This document shows, piece by piece, positions 24,337-39,279 of a stretch of 64,000 nucleotides of DNA. Both the position numbers and the translations under genes were made by a program. Each line of letters begins with the position of its first letter. Position 1 is the stretch's first letter. The stretch comes from the human T2T-CHM13v2.0 reference genome, Homo sapiens. The DNA lies in the NCBI RefSeq assembly GCF_009914755.1, contig NC_060938.1. One strand, 5' to 3'. The notes beneath the pieces are model-generated. The model was not told the DNA's origin. It saw nothing but the letters and a program-made list of their open reading frames with translations, and did not search any database.

Positions 24337-26764
24337 AAGTCCAGGGACATTGTGAATTCAGTTTGGTCTTTTGCCGTCTTGGGTTTGTGAATCACACGGG
24401 CGAAAGAGGACCATAGGGAATCTGCATTCTCCCAGTGTGTTAAATGAAATGGGACAAGCACAGCAACCCTCAAGGAAGGGAGAGGAGGTTGCACGTGCAG
24501 CTGGCCGGGCAGGTGGCCTTGAAGGGCAGGCTGCAAGCCCCTTCTCTCCCTTAGCAGAAGAATTCAGCCTGGCTGCGCCCGAAGATGGTTCTGTCCATGG
24601 CCTTGTACGAGGAAGGAGGGACTGATGGTTCACGCTGAGCTCTTGGATGAGAAATGGTTTCTTTCTGGCATTTAAGAAAGAAGTTCTCTCTTTAAAACCC
24701 ACAAATGTTTGTTAGTTATTTTTCTCCTTGAGAAATGTTTTCCTGAAATCTGCGACGCCGAGGCTCGTCGTGGGCATTTCGGCTTCTGTGGCCTGTGAAA
24801 GTTGACTGTGAACGAGGGCTGCTCCAAAGGGGTTAATTGCATGTAGGCATTGGAAAGTGATTATCTAATTAAACTTTGAAATGGAATGGTAAAAACACTG
24901 GGTGACAGACTGTCTGTAGGAGGGTCCCCTGAGGTGTTCTCCATTTATTGCTAATCATCTCTGCCCAGGCTGTGCCTGCCTCCAGCGGAGCCCGCCTCAG
25001 ACCTCGCTCTCTGGAACTCTGGCTTGGCTCAAAGATTTGTCAAACAGACCTCCCCCTCGGTGTTCCGTGCCCTCCCTGAACTCTGCAGTTGAGCCTGGAT
25101 GTCTTGGAAGACTTTCGTCACTTGTCTTCAGCTCCGCAATTTCTATTTAAAATTGAAAGGTTATTTCTATTCTTAGAACCATGAAATCAAAGAAATGTGA
25201 AGTGTTGGGAGTTAATTCTAGATATTTATGAATATTGCCCAGAATATCTGGGTTGGAGACCTAGCATACCAGCCATAAAGCACATGTATTGTACCCCTTG
25301 CATTTAAGTCTGCCGGCGTTTATTCAGTCCTCTGAGCCAGGCCCCTGCTAGACATTTTGGTGATGGAGAGGTGACGCTGATGAGTACCTTGCTGTAAAGC
25401 CACCTTCAGGCTGGAGGGGCACTGCTGGGTGAATGCACATTAACGTAGCTCTTTGTAACTTAGAGAGCTCTCCTCATTCCCGCCTGGCCATTTTATAGAT
25501 GAGAAAACCGAGGCTCAGACTTGCTTAAGGGACTTACCGGAGCCCCTCAAAGCCAGGCGTCCTGACATTAAAAGCCACTGTTGCCTGCTGCCCCGGGGTA
25601 AGCAGCTGTCTGTGCTGGATGCCGGGGGGAATGGTGAAGATGGTACGCATTTCTGCGGGAGGCAAAGAGGGAAATTTCATAGAGGAGTTGGCATCTGAGT
25701 ATGATTTTAACAGCAGGGGCCAGGCCAGGGAAGGCACAGAGAAAGGCAAGTGCACATTGACTTTGGGGACCAGCAAGTTGGCAGGAGTGATGTGAGACCT
25801 TTTTTTTCGTATTTTTAAGTTTTGAATGATTCCTTTATTCAGCAATAAATGCTCAGTGAGTACCTATCCTGTGTTGGTGCATGGAGAGAAACATTCTTGC
25901 AGAATAGTTGCAATCTTCTGGGCAAGACAGCATGTGCTCAGAGCTGGGTATTGGGAGACAATGCCGAAGAAGGCTGCAGGCATAAAGATGGGAGAACAGA
26001 TCTGAAAGCAGCTTAAGCTGAAATTCCAGAATTGCTTCCACTTCCTTTTTGGTCTAGAATCAAGGTGCTGGAGTTACTCGATTTCCCCTCTGGAATTGTT
26101 TCGTGGAGCAACACTTTAATATTTTGCCCTCAGCAAAGGTTCCACGGTGATGCAAGAGCTGCCCAAGGAACATCACTGCATTTTTTTTTTCTTTTTGTAA
26201 AATGACTATTGGGGATATAATTCATTACACTGCTCAATGCCACTTAATGCAAATGTCTCTATGACAAGTGCATTCTAGGGCACTGGGCCAAGAAAAATTG
26301 GTTCTCTTGACACACGGGCTGGTCCTACCTCTAAGACAATAAGAACTCCACGCCCAGCCGGCCTTTGCTCCAGACTCCAGCTGTTGGGAAGCTCAGAACA
26401 AGATTTCGGGCTTAATTTCTACAGCATTACCTGTAATATTACACCTCCCTGCTTGATCTGATTTTACTCTGTTTTTATTGTAAGATGTTCTTCTGGAAAG
26501 AGGGGTGGCGAGAAAGGGGAGTGATGAAATCAATCAATAAATGGTTTGAAACAGCTTCTGGCAGTATTAAATAGTGTTTGCATATATCTCTCCAGCACCA
26601 TTTCCAAAACTCCGTTCCATGGCACACAAAGGTTCCGTGAGATGTTCGTGGGTATTCCAAAGGACAGGAGCTCTCACAGCTGGTGGCATTGTTCGTCTTA
26701 AATTCATTTTAAAGTGTACATTAGAAAAATGCAAAAAATGTATAAAGTGGTTCTAATTATTAAA

Positions 26765-26960
26765 AGAGGCTGTGTGGTATAACAGTTAGGAGCACCGGCT
26801 CAGGAACCAGAATCCCCAGGTTCAACCTGACCTGGAAATTACTTGACCTCTTTGTGACTCAGTTTCTTCATCCATAAAATTACCCTGATTGTGGTATCAG
26901 CCTCAGAGAGTTAGAACAGTGCCTGACACATGATACATCTTTGACTACTGGTAGTTTTTA
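26765..26960 (+). mobile_element. MIR SINE
   Basis: gtgtggtataacagttaggagc...ttacttgacctctttgtgactcagtttcttcatccataaaat. Confidence 0.75.
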
Positions 26961-26964
26961 TTAG

Positions 26965-27204
<240 letters not shown>

Positions 27205-27916
27205 TAAGTGCTGATCTTCCTTTGGGAAGGGGTCTCCTGTACCTGACAACAATAGGAAGTCCCCTGATAAATCACCTTAGGCAGGAAGCATGAGGTTCAG
27301 CAGCAGGTTGTATATTTTGCCTCTCACTGCCAGGCTGTGTGCGTTTCTATTTGACAATTGCCGGTCTTTGTTATGCATTTTATCTCATGATTTTAACATT
27401 TATTGGTGCAAATATTCAATGTTTACTTTATATTAAGCATATGAATCAAATTTTGATCATTTCTTACAGCAATTAATTCAACTCTGAGATCATTTTTTTT
27501 CTGTCTGCTTCAACTTAAACAGTATCACATAAGGATGCTCTATTGGCATCCTGACAAAAACAGAACAATTTAAATAACATGCAGTGGTCAGACAAGTTTG
27601 GGAAATGCTGCCTGAGGTTGTATTTTCATCACATATGACCCCTTTGAGCAAGTCTGCTTCAGACGCAGACACAGCACCAGCCAACATGGCCTTCCAAAAC
27701 ACCACCATCCGTTATAATGAAAATTTGATGGGTCTAAGCCATAGGCATTTTTTTTTTCCCCGTGGGTAACAGGTCTGCCCACCTGTTCTCAGCTTTAAAG
27801 CAATGCCTATGTGTTTATCATTCATCCATTCAGGACTTATTTACTGAGTGCCCCTTGTGTGCCAGGCACCACATTACACACTGGTGACATGGAGTTTTGC
27901 CTTCCATTATTCAGAG

Positions 27917-28615
<699 letters not shown>

Positions 28616-28879
28616 GCCTAGAAGGTTCACAGACATGTAATTAATTCAATCCAGCACAACAAGGGAAATCCTATAATTTTCCAGATCTCCTCACCACCCC
28701 TCTGCCCCACTGCTGGGGCCTGACATGAGGAGGCCTCCCCAGAGGTGGCACGGAGAGATCAGCCAAGGTCCTAGCTGGATGGAGAGGCACGAGACCCTTA
28801 CTGAAGTCGGGGTCAGGAGTCTGAAGTTGGAATCCAGGGAATTGGGAGTGAACACAAACACACTGGGAGCAGATGGTAG

Positions 28880-30105
28880 TGTGTGGCTGTAGAAGTCAGC
28901 TGTCGCTGGGTGACAAACAATCACAGATCCTCAGGGACATACCACAATATGCATTTGTTTCTCTCGCACACCTCTGCAGGTTGGCGGGGGTTCAGCTGAT
29001 GTAAGCAGGACTTGGCTGGGTTTGGCTTCTCTCTGAGGACTGGGCTCAGATCTACTCGAAGGGTGTTCATCCCAGGGTCCAGGCTAAAGGGGCAGCAAGT
29101 TATTATTTAAAAGTCAAAAGATAACAGATGCTGGCAAAGTTGCAGAGAAAAGGAATGCTTATTTACTGCTGGTGGGGATGTGCATTAGTTCAGCCATTGT
29201 AGAAAACGGTTTGGTGATTTCCCAAAGTACTTAAAACAGAATTACCATTTGACCCAGCAATCCTATTACTGAGTATATACCCAAAGGAATGTAAATTGTT
29301 CTGCTATAAAGACACATGCACATGTACGTTCATTGCAACACTATACACAAGAGCAAAGACATGGAATCAACCTAAATGCCCATTAACAGTGGACTGGATA
29401 AAGAAAATGTGGTACATGTACACCATAGACTACTATGCAGCCATGAAAAAGAATGTGATCCTGTCCTTTGCAGCAACATGATTGCAACTGGAGGTCATTA
29501 TCCTAAGTGAACTAGTGCAGGAACAGAAAACCAAATGCTACATGTTCTCACTTATACGTAGGAGCTAACACTGACTACATACGGACACAAAGAAGGGAAC
29601 AACAGATACCAGGGCCTACTTGGGGGTGGAGGGTGGGAGGAGGGTGAGGATTGAAAACCTACCTATCGAGTATTGTGCCTAGTACCTGGGTGGTAAAATA
29701 ATCTGTACACCAAACCCCTGCAACGTGTAGTTTACCTACATAACAGACCTGCACCTGTACCCCAAACTTAACATAAAAGTTAAAAAATAAAATAAAATTT
29801 TAAAAAGGGGCAGCAAGTACCTGGGAGAAGCTCTCCGCATGATGCCAGAGGTGCAAGGGGTGTGGCTCACTTGTGCAAGTGCTTTTCAAATTCAGCTCAA
29901 TGATCTCTGCTAACATCCCATTAACCAAAGCAAGTCATGGGGCTGGGACCAAAATGCAACAGCAGGGAAGCAAACTCTGCCCACCGTGAGGCCAAAGCGG
30001 TCACATGGGCAAGTCCTGCATCTGCTGGATAGGGAAAAATATTCCTCCCATGGGACTGGAGGTCAGGAGGGAGTGAATATTTGCTGAATAATCATCTACA
30101 CTATC
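28880..30105 (-). mobile_element. Old MLT1 (J/K-like) LTR interrupted by L1
   Basis: tcagctgtcgctgggtgacaaacaatcac... and ctgctaacatcccattaaccaaagcaagtcatgg on either side of the L1. Confidence 0.55.
29101..29803 (+). mobile_element. 5'-truncated L1 3' end (older L1PA/L1PB class) with 15-bp TSD
   Basis: ORF2 C-terminal remnant (YKDTCTCTFIATL...WNQPKCP), 3'UTR, A-tail; TSD aaaggggcagcaagt at 29086-29100 and 29804-29818. Confidence 0.92.
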
Positions 30106-30234
30106 AATGGGGTGGGGACATGACTGGAGGTGGGATAAGGCAGATCTTTTCTGAATGCTTGTTCTGAAGGCAGGGGAAAACTCATGGCCCATGAGTGAGC
30201 CCATCATTCACCGTTCACTCTGGATGCTTCTGAG

Positions 30235-30320
30235 GGTCGAGGGGCCTAGGAAAAATTACACGGGAACAACAGGGATAATCCAGAGTTGTCTCGGGTACAC
30301 GAGGACATATGGTCACCCTA
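30235..30320. mobile_element. MER94-like DNA transposon fragment
   Basis: Terminus ggacatatggtcacccta. Confidence 0.5.
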
Positions 30321-30576
30321 GCTACAGGCCGAATTCCCAACACTGTTTTGTTTCACTGTCATAGCACTTTCTTTTAGTTTTTCTTCTTTTTTAAACAAAA
30401 ATAAATGTGAATATTCTCCAGGGAGGCGTATGTTTTCATGCTCAACACAGGCCCAGGCATTCTCTTAGGTCCTACACATACTTGCATCACCTGCTTGGCC
30501 TCTCAAAGCGTTGGAGCTATGGCTCCGGATGTAACATCTGCAGTTGGCTTTTAGTGGTCAGAGGCCACATGAGTGG

Positions 30577-31552
30577 TGTATTTGACTCATAGAACTGCTG
30601 TAACAAATTGCCACACATCTGGTGGCTTAACACAACAGAAATTTGTTCTCTTACAGTAATGGAGGCCAAAAGTCTGAAATCAAGGTGTCAGCAGTGCTGG
30701 TTCTTTAAGGCAGGGGTCCCCAGCCCTCAGGCCATGGGCCAGTGCCTGTCCATGGCCTGTCAGGAATTGGGTGGCCCAGCAGGAGGTGAGCAGCAGGTTA
30801 GTGAGGGAAGTTTCATCTGTAGGTACAGCCACTCCCCATAGCTTGCATTACTGCCTAAACTCCACCTCCTATCAGATCAGTGGTGGCATTAGATTCTTAT
30901 AGGAGTGCGGACTCTGTTGTGATCTGTGCATTTGAGGGATCTAGGTTGCACATTCCTTATGAGAATCTAGTGCCTGATGACCTGTCACTGTTTTCCATCA
31001 CCCCCAGATGGGACCATCTAGTTGCAAGAGAACAAGCTCAGGGCTCCCCCTGATTCTACATGATGGTGAGTTGTATAATTATTTTATTTTATATTACAAT
31101 GGAACTAAAGTGCCCAATAAATGGAATGTACTTGAATCATCCCAAAACTATCCCCCCACCCAGTCTGTGAAAAAATTGTCTTCCATGAAACCAGTCCCTG
31201 GTGCCAAAAATGTGGGGGACTGCTGCTTTAAGGGGTCTGTGGGAGAGTCTGCCCCATGCCTCCCTCCTGGCTTCTAGTGGCTGCCAGGAGTCCTCGGTGT
31301 TCCTGCCTCGTGCTGTGTCGCTCCCACCTCTACCTCCATCTTCACATGGCCTTCTCCGTGGGCCTTCCTGGGTCTCTGTGTTACATCTCCCTCTCCTTTC
31401 TCTTACAAGGGCACAAGTCCTAGATCCAGGATGATCTCATCTTGAGATGCTCAAGTTAATTACATCTGCAAAGACCCTATTTCCAAATTTGGTCACAGTC
31501 ACTGGTACCAGGAGTCAGGATTTGGATATATCTTTTAGGGAGACACAATTCA
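30577..31552 (-). mobile_element. MLT1C-like LTR interrupted by MER1A
   Basis: ctgctgtaacaaattgccacac...ggtggcttaacacaacagaaattt / ...ttacatctgcaaagaccctatttccaaat. Confidence 0.85.
30711..31225 (+). mobile_element. MER1A hAT-Charlie MITE, full length, with 8-bp TSD
   Basis: Termini caggggtcccc ... ggggactgctg; perfect TSD ctttaagg at 30703-30710 and 31226-31233. Confidence 0.93.
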
Positions 31553-31984
31553 ATGCATGCAGGTGGACTGCTGAGTGGGCCATGGAGAAGAAAGTGTGCG
31601 TGGGCAGGTGCAGGGCACGATGGTGGCAGAGAGCGAGCAGGCTGCCACCTTTTCTGGGAAGGAGGCTGGCGGGGGGTGTTCTGCAGGGAAGCATGCCCTT
31701 GAGGGGGGTCTTGAAGGTGGCGTAGAGCGTGGGGGACATGGAGAGGACACCCGAGGCAGAGGAAATGAAATAAGCAAACCACAGACCTGTCCAACAGCCT
31801 GGGGGCAGCTTCGGGGGTCCTAACTCACTGGCTTTGAGGTGGCTGGAGTATACACAGGGTGTGGAAGGGGGAGAGGGAAGGCCAAGGAATGAGGCAGGGA
31901 GTTTGGATACCACATCGTGGTGTTTCACAGAGGAAATGCCTAATCGCTCATTTTCTTCGCTTTATATTTGAGATCCTGGGTGGG

Positions 31985-32505
31985 GAGTGTCAGAGACCAG
32001 CTAGTTGTTCATTTTTCATCCTGGGCACATAAGTGAACTACAAGTCCCAGGCTTCCTTGCAGTTAGGTGCCGCCATATGACTGAGTTCAATGGAATGTGG
32101 GAGAGATGAGGTATGCCCCTTCTAGACAAGGTCTTGGAAACCTCCCTGTTATTCTCCACACTCCCTTGTCCTTCATCTGCCTGCTGGACGCAGATGGGAC
32201 AGTGTGGGACCCTGACCCCCAGATGGAGGAGGCCTGGCTGGTGGGATCACTGCATGGAGCAGAACACCCTCACCCACCCATGCTGGGCTGTGTTGTGTTA
32301 TTTATTTCTTATTTAAAAAGAACTGTAGAGACTGGGTCTCACTATGTTGCTCAGACTGGTCTGGGCTCCAGCGGTCCTCCCACCTTGGCCTCCTAAAGTG
32401 CGGAATTACAGGTGTGAGCCACTGCGAGAGGCCTACACTGTGTGTTATTGAGGGAAGCCACTGAGAGGTGGGAGTTTATCACAGCAGTGGTCTACTTTGA
32501 CCTTA
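31985..32505 (+). mobile_element. Old MLT1 (I/J-like) LTR containing an antisense FLAM (about 32300-32433)
   Basis: tcccaggcttccttgcagttaggtg...ccatatgactgagtt ... gaagccactgaga; FLAM tgtagagactgggtctcactatgttgc. Confidence 0.6.
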
Positions 32506-33524
32506 ACAACCACTTCCCTGCTGCCAGAGCAAAGAATCCTCTGCAAACAACTGAGCCACATTAGGCAAAGGGCTCTGTGGGGGAGTGGAATGGGGCCAGA
32601 TGGAGGCCTGGGCAGGGATAGGCTCAAGTGGCTCAGAGGAGGTAGTCCATCTGCCCCACAGGGGGTTGGGGGAGGTGGCCTGAGAAGATTAAATCCCACG
32701 GGACCAGCCAGGGCAGGCGTGCCTCCTAAGCAGATGCAGAGCAGATGGATGTGGAGCCAAGGATTGGGAATTCCAGCTGGAAGTCTCTACATGGGGCCCA
32801 GAGTCCTCAGCAGCCAGGGGGAGCAGCTGCTGCAGGAGTGGGAGCGAAAGCAAGGGTTGGAGGTGAAGGTCAGGCACTCGGCCTTTGTCCAGATCAAAGC
32901 AGGCGCAGGCTGGAATCGGGGGAGATGTCAGGGTCCCCCCGTACAGCCAAACCCCCTGGAGGTCTCTGCATGCTGCTTGGCAAGGATGGGCATGAAATGA
33001 GAAGGCATATGCCAGGGTGCCCTAACAAAACAGGCTGAAACCAGGATGCCCTGATGGAGGCAGCAGGTGTCATTCATTCATCTACTCATTCATTTATTCA
33101 TCCACACACATTTTCTCAACACCTACCGTGTGCCCAGCCCTGAGCCAGAGAAGGGGAAGGCATACAGGCCAATGTATCTGCATCAACGTACAGCATGCTC
33201 AGAGCTCTGAAGGGAGGAGAGGGGCATAGGGGAGGGTCCGGGATGGCATCTTTCCGGAACCCCGGGGCCCGTGGTTCTGATGGCAGTGTCCACCCTGAAG
33301 TCAGCCCCTCCACCCCGAGAGTGAGTCAGAGCAGGCTCACCAGCTAGGGGATGTGCTCTGCTCATTCACCAGTGAAAGCCTCCTTTGTCCCTCCTCCATA
33401 GGGAAGGACAATGTCGTGCCCTGGTTTCTTTGTGTTCAGGGGCCAGCAGGCTCTTAGCGAGTGTTAAATGCAATAACACCCACTCATCTTAGCCTCTGCT
33501 TTGGTGCCCACTGGTAGCTCAAAA

Positions 33525-33526
<2 letters not shown>

Positions 33527-33574
<48 letters not shown>
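33527..33574. repeat. (CA)n microsatellite
   Basis: About 24 perfect CA units. Confidence 0.98.
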
Positions 33575-33576
<2 letters not shown>

Positions 33577-34109
33577 ATGGGGTCTGGCAGATGCAATTAG
33601 CCTCTGGGTCCCTCAGAATTAGATGCAGGTGGCTAATTGTCCATGCCAGGAGGCAACTGTGGGCACAATTAGTCATGTCTCTTTCCCCACTCAGGGCTAA
33701 TAATGGGTGGAAATCTGCAGGGGGAGCAGAAATCTGAGGGGGCTCAGGCTCTCCTTGCCTGGGCTGTGATGGGCAGCTCTTGGTGACATTGCTCTTCCCT
33801 GGGCCTGGAAAAAGCTGTGGGGTGGGCAAGAAGGGAAGGCGGAGGGGGCAGCTCTTCTGGGGATCTGGGCTGTGGTGCCCCTCCATCCCCTCCCTGGCCC
33901 TGCCAGCACACGGGCTTCTGCGCATCCAAATTTATTAATAATGCCAACCCCTTGCGTGCATGTAGCTTATTAGAATCTCAAAGCCCTTTTGCATACATTA
34001 TTGCATTGCACAGCCACATGACAAGGAGGCAGGTGTAGTTATCACATCCCATTTTACAGATAAGAAAATGGAGGTTCTACTTGCAGAGCCTGTATTAGAA
34101 TGCAGGCCT

Positions 34110-34604
<495 letters not shown>

Positions 34605-35069
34605 TCAGCAAACAAGTTCTGCAGTTGTCCCCTGTTCAAACCCCATCCAAGGTGTGGTGGGGGGTACAGAGAGGAAGTAGCATACTCCCTGCTTATCAGG
34701 AGTTTACAGTCCGGTGGAGAGAATCAGCTATGTACATAATATCCATTCTATGAGAGAGAATGTGATAAGGGCTCTGGGTGCTTTCCCGAATCCAGAAACT
34801 TGTTGAGTGACTTTGGTGTTGCCTCTCTGGGTCTCAGTTTCCCCAGCTTAAGTTTCCTCAGCAGAGTGTTGAGCCTCATTGATGACTCAGGCTTTGTTCA
34901 GTTCTTTCTACCGATTTCCAACACAGTTGTGGATTTCAATAAGGAAGAGATTAATTCTGGTAGGGGGAAGAGGATGGAGGAGGGTGCACAAAGAAGCGGC
35001 ATCTGAATTGGGCTTGAGAGGGAGACAGGAGAGCAGGGCTGCATCCTAACCTAGGCTGTGGTTATGGTT

Positions 35070-36020
35070 GTGAGTGGCAAACTTGCTTGTGGTTGCAAGT
35101 GGCAGAAACCTAAATTTACGGGCATCGAAGTGAATGTATTGGCTGGCATATCATGGTAGCGGGTCTCCAAAAGTAGCTTCTCGATGACTCATGTCTTCCG
35201 TGTATACATGCCCTTGTGTAGCTTCCTCCCCTTGGATCTGGGTTGGCCCTGAGACTTGCTGGTAACACATGGACATGGCTGGTAACCCATGGAAATAACG
35301 CTGCTGGCCTCCAAGGCAGAAGTTGAAGCTCTCACCTTGTTCCCTCGGAACACTCACTCTAGGGGAAGCCAGACACTAAGTAGGAAGTCCTGCTCTCCCG
35401 AGACCTCCGTTCTATGAGGAAGTCCACACCAGCCATGTGGGAGGCTGCATGGAGAGAGATGCCTGGCCGGTCCCCAGCTCATCCAGCTTGATTGGCATCT
35501 GAACACAATAGTGTCAACAACCCTGAGCAAGACCATCTAGTTGAGCTCATCAACCCACAGAACCATGCAGATAACGATAAATGACTGTTCTACACCACTG
35601 TATTTTGAGACGGATCGTTTGCAGAATCAGAATACATATATAATGTAACAGTCCAGGGAGATTTAGTTTCAGGCATTGCTGGATCCAGGAGCTCAAAGAA
35701 TATCACTGGGTCTTGTTTTTCCCTGTCTCATGTCTTGCTCTCTCGTGCTGGCTTCTTTTCTAAACCACCTGGCTGTCCCCCAGAACTCCCAGACTGGTTT
35801 CACCCCTGCTTCCAGCAATGCCAGTGAACAAACCTACTGTTGCTCACTACTTTCAACAAAAGTCCTGGAAATCCACCTCATTGGCTGATAACAGGCTCTT
35901 TTTTGAAACATTCCTGATGTGGCCAGAAGGGAGGGGTATGGAAGGAACATTCTCTACCCCTCCAAGATGGAACGGGCATGAGCTCTGCCCACATCAAGTC
36001 CTGAGCATGGGGGAAGACAT
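35070..36020. mobile_element. Nested old MLT1 LTRs (MLT1F/G-like, plus strand, about 35150-35640, inside an MLT1K/L-like copy)
   Basis: ccctgagacttgct...ctctaggggaagccag...cccacagaaccatg; flanks ggttgcaagtggcagaaacc and ttcaggcattgctggatccagg. Confidence 0.55.
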
Positions 36021-36038
36021 CTCTTAAGAAGATCTCTA

Positions 36039-36749
<711 letters not shown>

Positions 36750-38364
36750 TCACGCATTTCTGTACATTAGCAGAGTTTATGTCATCTGAGAATTCCCAGG
36801 AATGAAGGTCTCACATTGAAGTGAGTGGGAAGAGACTTCCTCAAAAACAAAAGCACATCCCGCTGAGGCAGGACAGAGATATCTTTGCTGGAAGGAGGAG
36901 GTTTCCCCTGAACCTGCAGAGGGATCAGAGACACTGCACAGGGGGCTCAATCTAGAATGATCAATTATACTGGAAGGCATATTGTTTTTTCTTTATTTAT
37001 TATTCTCCAAAGGCTTTGAACATATCTAAAAAAAGGAGACTTTTATATTAGTCAAGGACACAGGGCAAAGCCACAAAGCAATATCAAAAATAAGGGCGAC
37101 TACATGCTGGGGGTCAGAAAACCAGCACTCTTTCCACGATGAAAGCAACTCGGTTCTTGAGATTCCAGTTATTCCAGTCTGGAGTGCAGTGTAAGTGGTA
37201 TGAATTCCCTCATCCATGTGATAATGCCTCCTTCGATGTATTCATTCATTCACCTGGGCATCCACCCCTTAATCTGTTCACTTAGTCAACCATCCAACAG
37301 GTCGTACCCACACCAATGTCAGTTAGGGCAAAGCTGCTATGCCTGCTAGAGGCTAGGAGAGAAATTCTCAGGGTAGAGAAATGGTTAAAATAAATCAAAA
37401 TAAAATCTGAGTTGGCCGTGGTGCTTATTCTTAATGACACACAGGAAACTATAAACCAGCCATGCTACATAATTGACCACTGAGGATTTTTCACTCTCAG
37501 TCAGTTTGAGATGTACCGAATCCAATATCACATCAGTGATTTGATTTGTTAATAATCAAATTGCAAATACCTTTTCATTTGGCTTCAAAAAGCAAACAGC
37601 CATTCGGAATAATTTTTATGGGTCTTGGAATGCAATATAAACTTAAAATATTGTGTTTGCAAGTCCTATTGGCATGACCGTATTATAATTTATATTGGCC
37701 TATTTTGATGTACAGTGGCATAATGAAACTTTAAAAAATATATTTTGCAAAGCTGCATCTAAGCCCAAGCCGGCAGCACAGATTAATGTAAGAACAGCAT
37801 GGGGATTCTTTGCATATTTTTTTTTTACGGAGATTTCTAGAGAACATTCTACTCACCAAAACTTTAACCTAAGCAAGATTTGCAAAGATTTTCAGAATCC
37901 GTCTCTTGTCACATTTCCAGGCACACTGCCTGATGCCTTTCTTCCTGCCTCACTCTTCCCCATCTCATACATCCCCTGTCCTGCCCTCCTATTTGCAATT
38001 TTATGAAGCTTTTGTGTGTATACATGTTTGCATTCTGTTTCTATTCCCTCCATCTATAATGCCCTTCTTCCCGTCTCTGCTTGGAGGATATCTCTTAGAC
38101 ATTCTTCAGCTCCTGGCTAACATGCTATCCCTGCTGGGAACCTTCTCTGACACCCCCAGAAGTTATTACTTCCATTCTTCCACAGCAGTTGAAAAGGAAC
38201 TCTGTTACAGCTCTTGTCATAATGTGTTACTGTTATTTGTTTACATGCACAAACTCTGAAGTCCTTGACAGCCTGACCATGATATATTCAATTCAAAAAC
38301 CCCAGTGCCTACCACCATGCCTGGTGCATAATACATGCTCTGTAAATGTTTGTGTAATGGTGCT

Positions 38365-38535
38365 GTGGATGAATGAGTGGGTAGATGGATGGATAAATGG
38401 AAAGATGGATGGAAGGATGAGGAGGTAGCGAATGAATGAATGGGTGCAAGGAAGGATGGGTGGGCTGTTGGACAGATAGGTGGATGGATGGATGGCTGGG
38501 TGGGTGGATGAATGATGGGTTGGTGGATAGATTGA
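38365..38535. repeat. Degenerate (TGGA)n at the end of an L2 fragment (about 37900-38365)
   Basis: ggatggatggatgg units following cctggtgcataatacatgctctgtaaatgttt. Confidence 0.8.
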
Positions 38536-38746
38536 CAGAACAGATCCTCCTGGAGGATAATGCTTTCCCTGACATTGGAAGCATTTAAGCACAGGTTATA
38601 GAGAGACTTCAGGACCTAAATGTGTTGTTAGACAAATTAATCTATTAGATGTTTCCAACAAAAAAAGCCCTTGATTCCACCATGTTCCTGTAGAGCTACG
38701 CTTCAGCACAGAATTGCAGTAGAGGCTTACTTTACTTTTAAAGCCT

Positions 38747-39063
38747 GTTTTTTGTTTGTTTGCTTTTTGTTTTTTGGAGACAGGGTCTTCCTCTTCTGCT
38801 CAGGCTGGAGTGCAATGGCACAGTCATAGCTCACTGGATCCTTGAACTCCTGGGCTCAAGTGATCCTCCCACTTCAGCCTCCTGAGTAGCTGAGACTACA
38901 GGTGTGCAGCAACAAGCCTGGCCAGTTTTATTTTATTTTATTTTTGTAGAGTCGGGGTCTCACTGTGTTGCCTGGGCTGGTCTTTAACTCCTGGCCTCAA
39001 GCAATCCTCCTGCCTCAGCCTCCCAAAGCACTGGGATTACAGGCATGAGCCACGGCGCCCAGC
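38747..39063 (-). mobile_element. Alu (AluJ-like)
   Basis: Full antisense dimer. Confidence 0.92.
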
Positions 39064-39279
39064 GAAGCCTATTTTTCGAAAAGGGTCAGGGAAGGCCTCA
39101 TTAACAAGATAACATTAAAACAGAGGCCTGGGGGAAGAACAGCCAGGCCTAGGGAACAGCAAGAGCTGAGCCTGCCTGCAATGTCCAGTAACTGCTAGGA
39201 GTGTGGCTGGAACAGAGGGAAAGATTTGAGATCTGACACTTTACGGCTTCTTTTGTGCCTTGCTGAGGGAGGTCTTGCT

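Noticed and set aside
29296-29481. 61-aa ORF with L1 similarity, and the ORF at 49221-49409
   Set aside because: Decayed ORF2 C-terminal remnants of truncated L1s
30885-30975. Hairpin ggcattagattcttatagga ... tccttatgagaatctagtgcc
   Set aside because: Intrinsic internal palindrome of the MER1 family, not locus-specific
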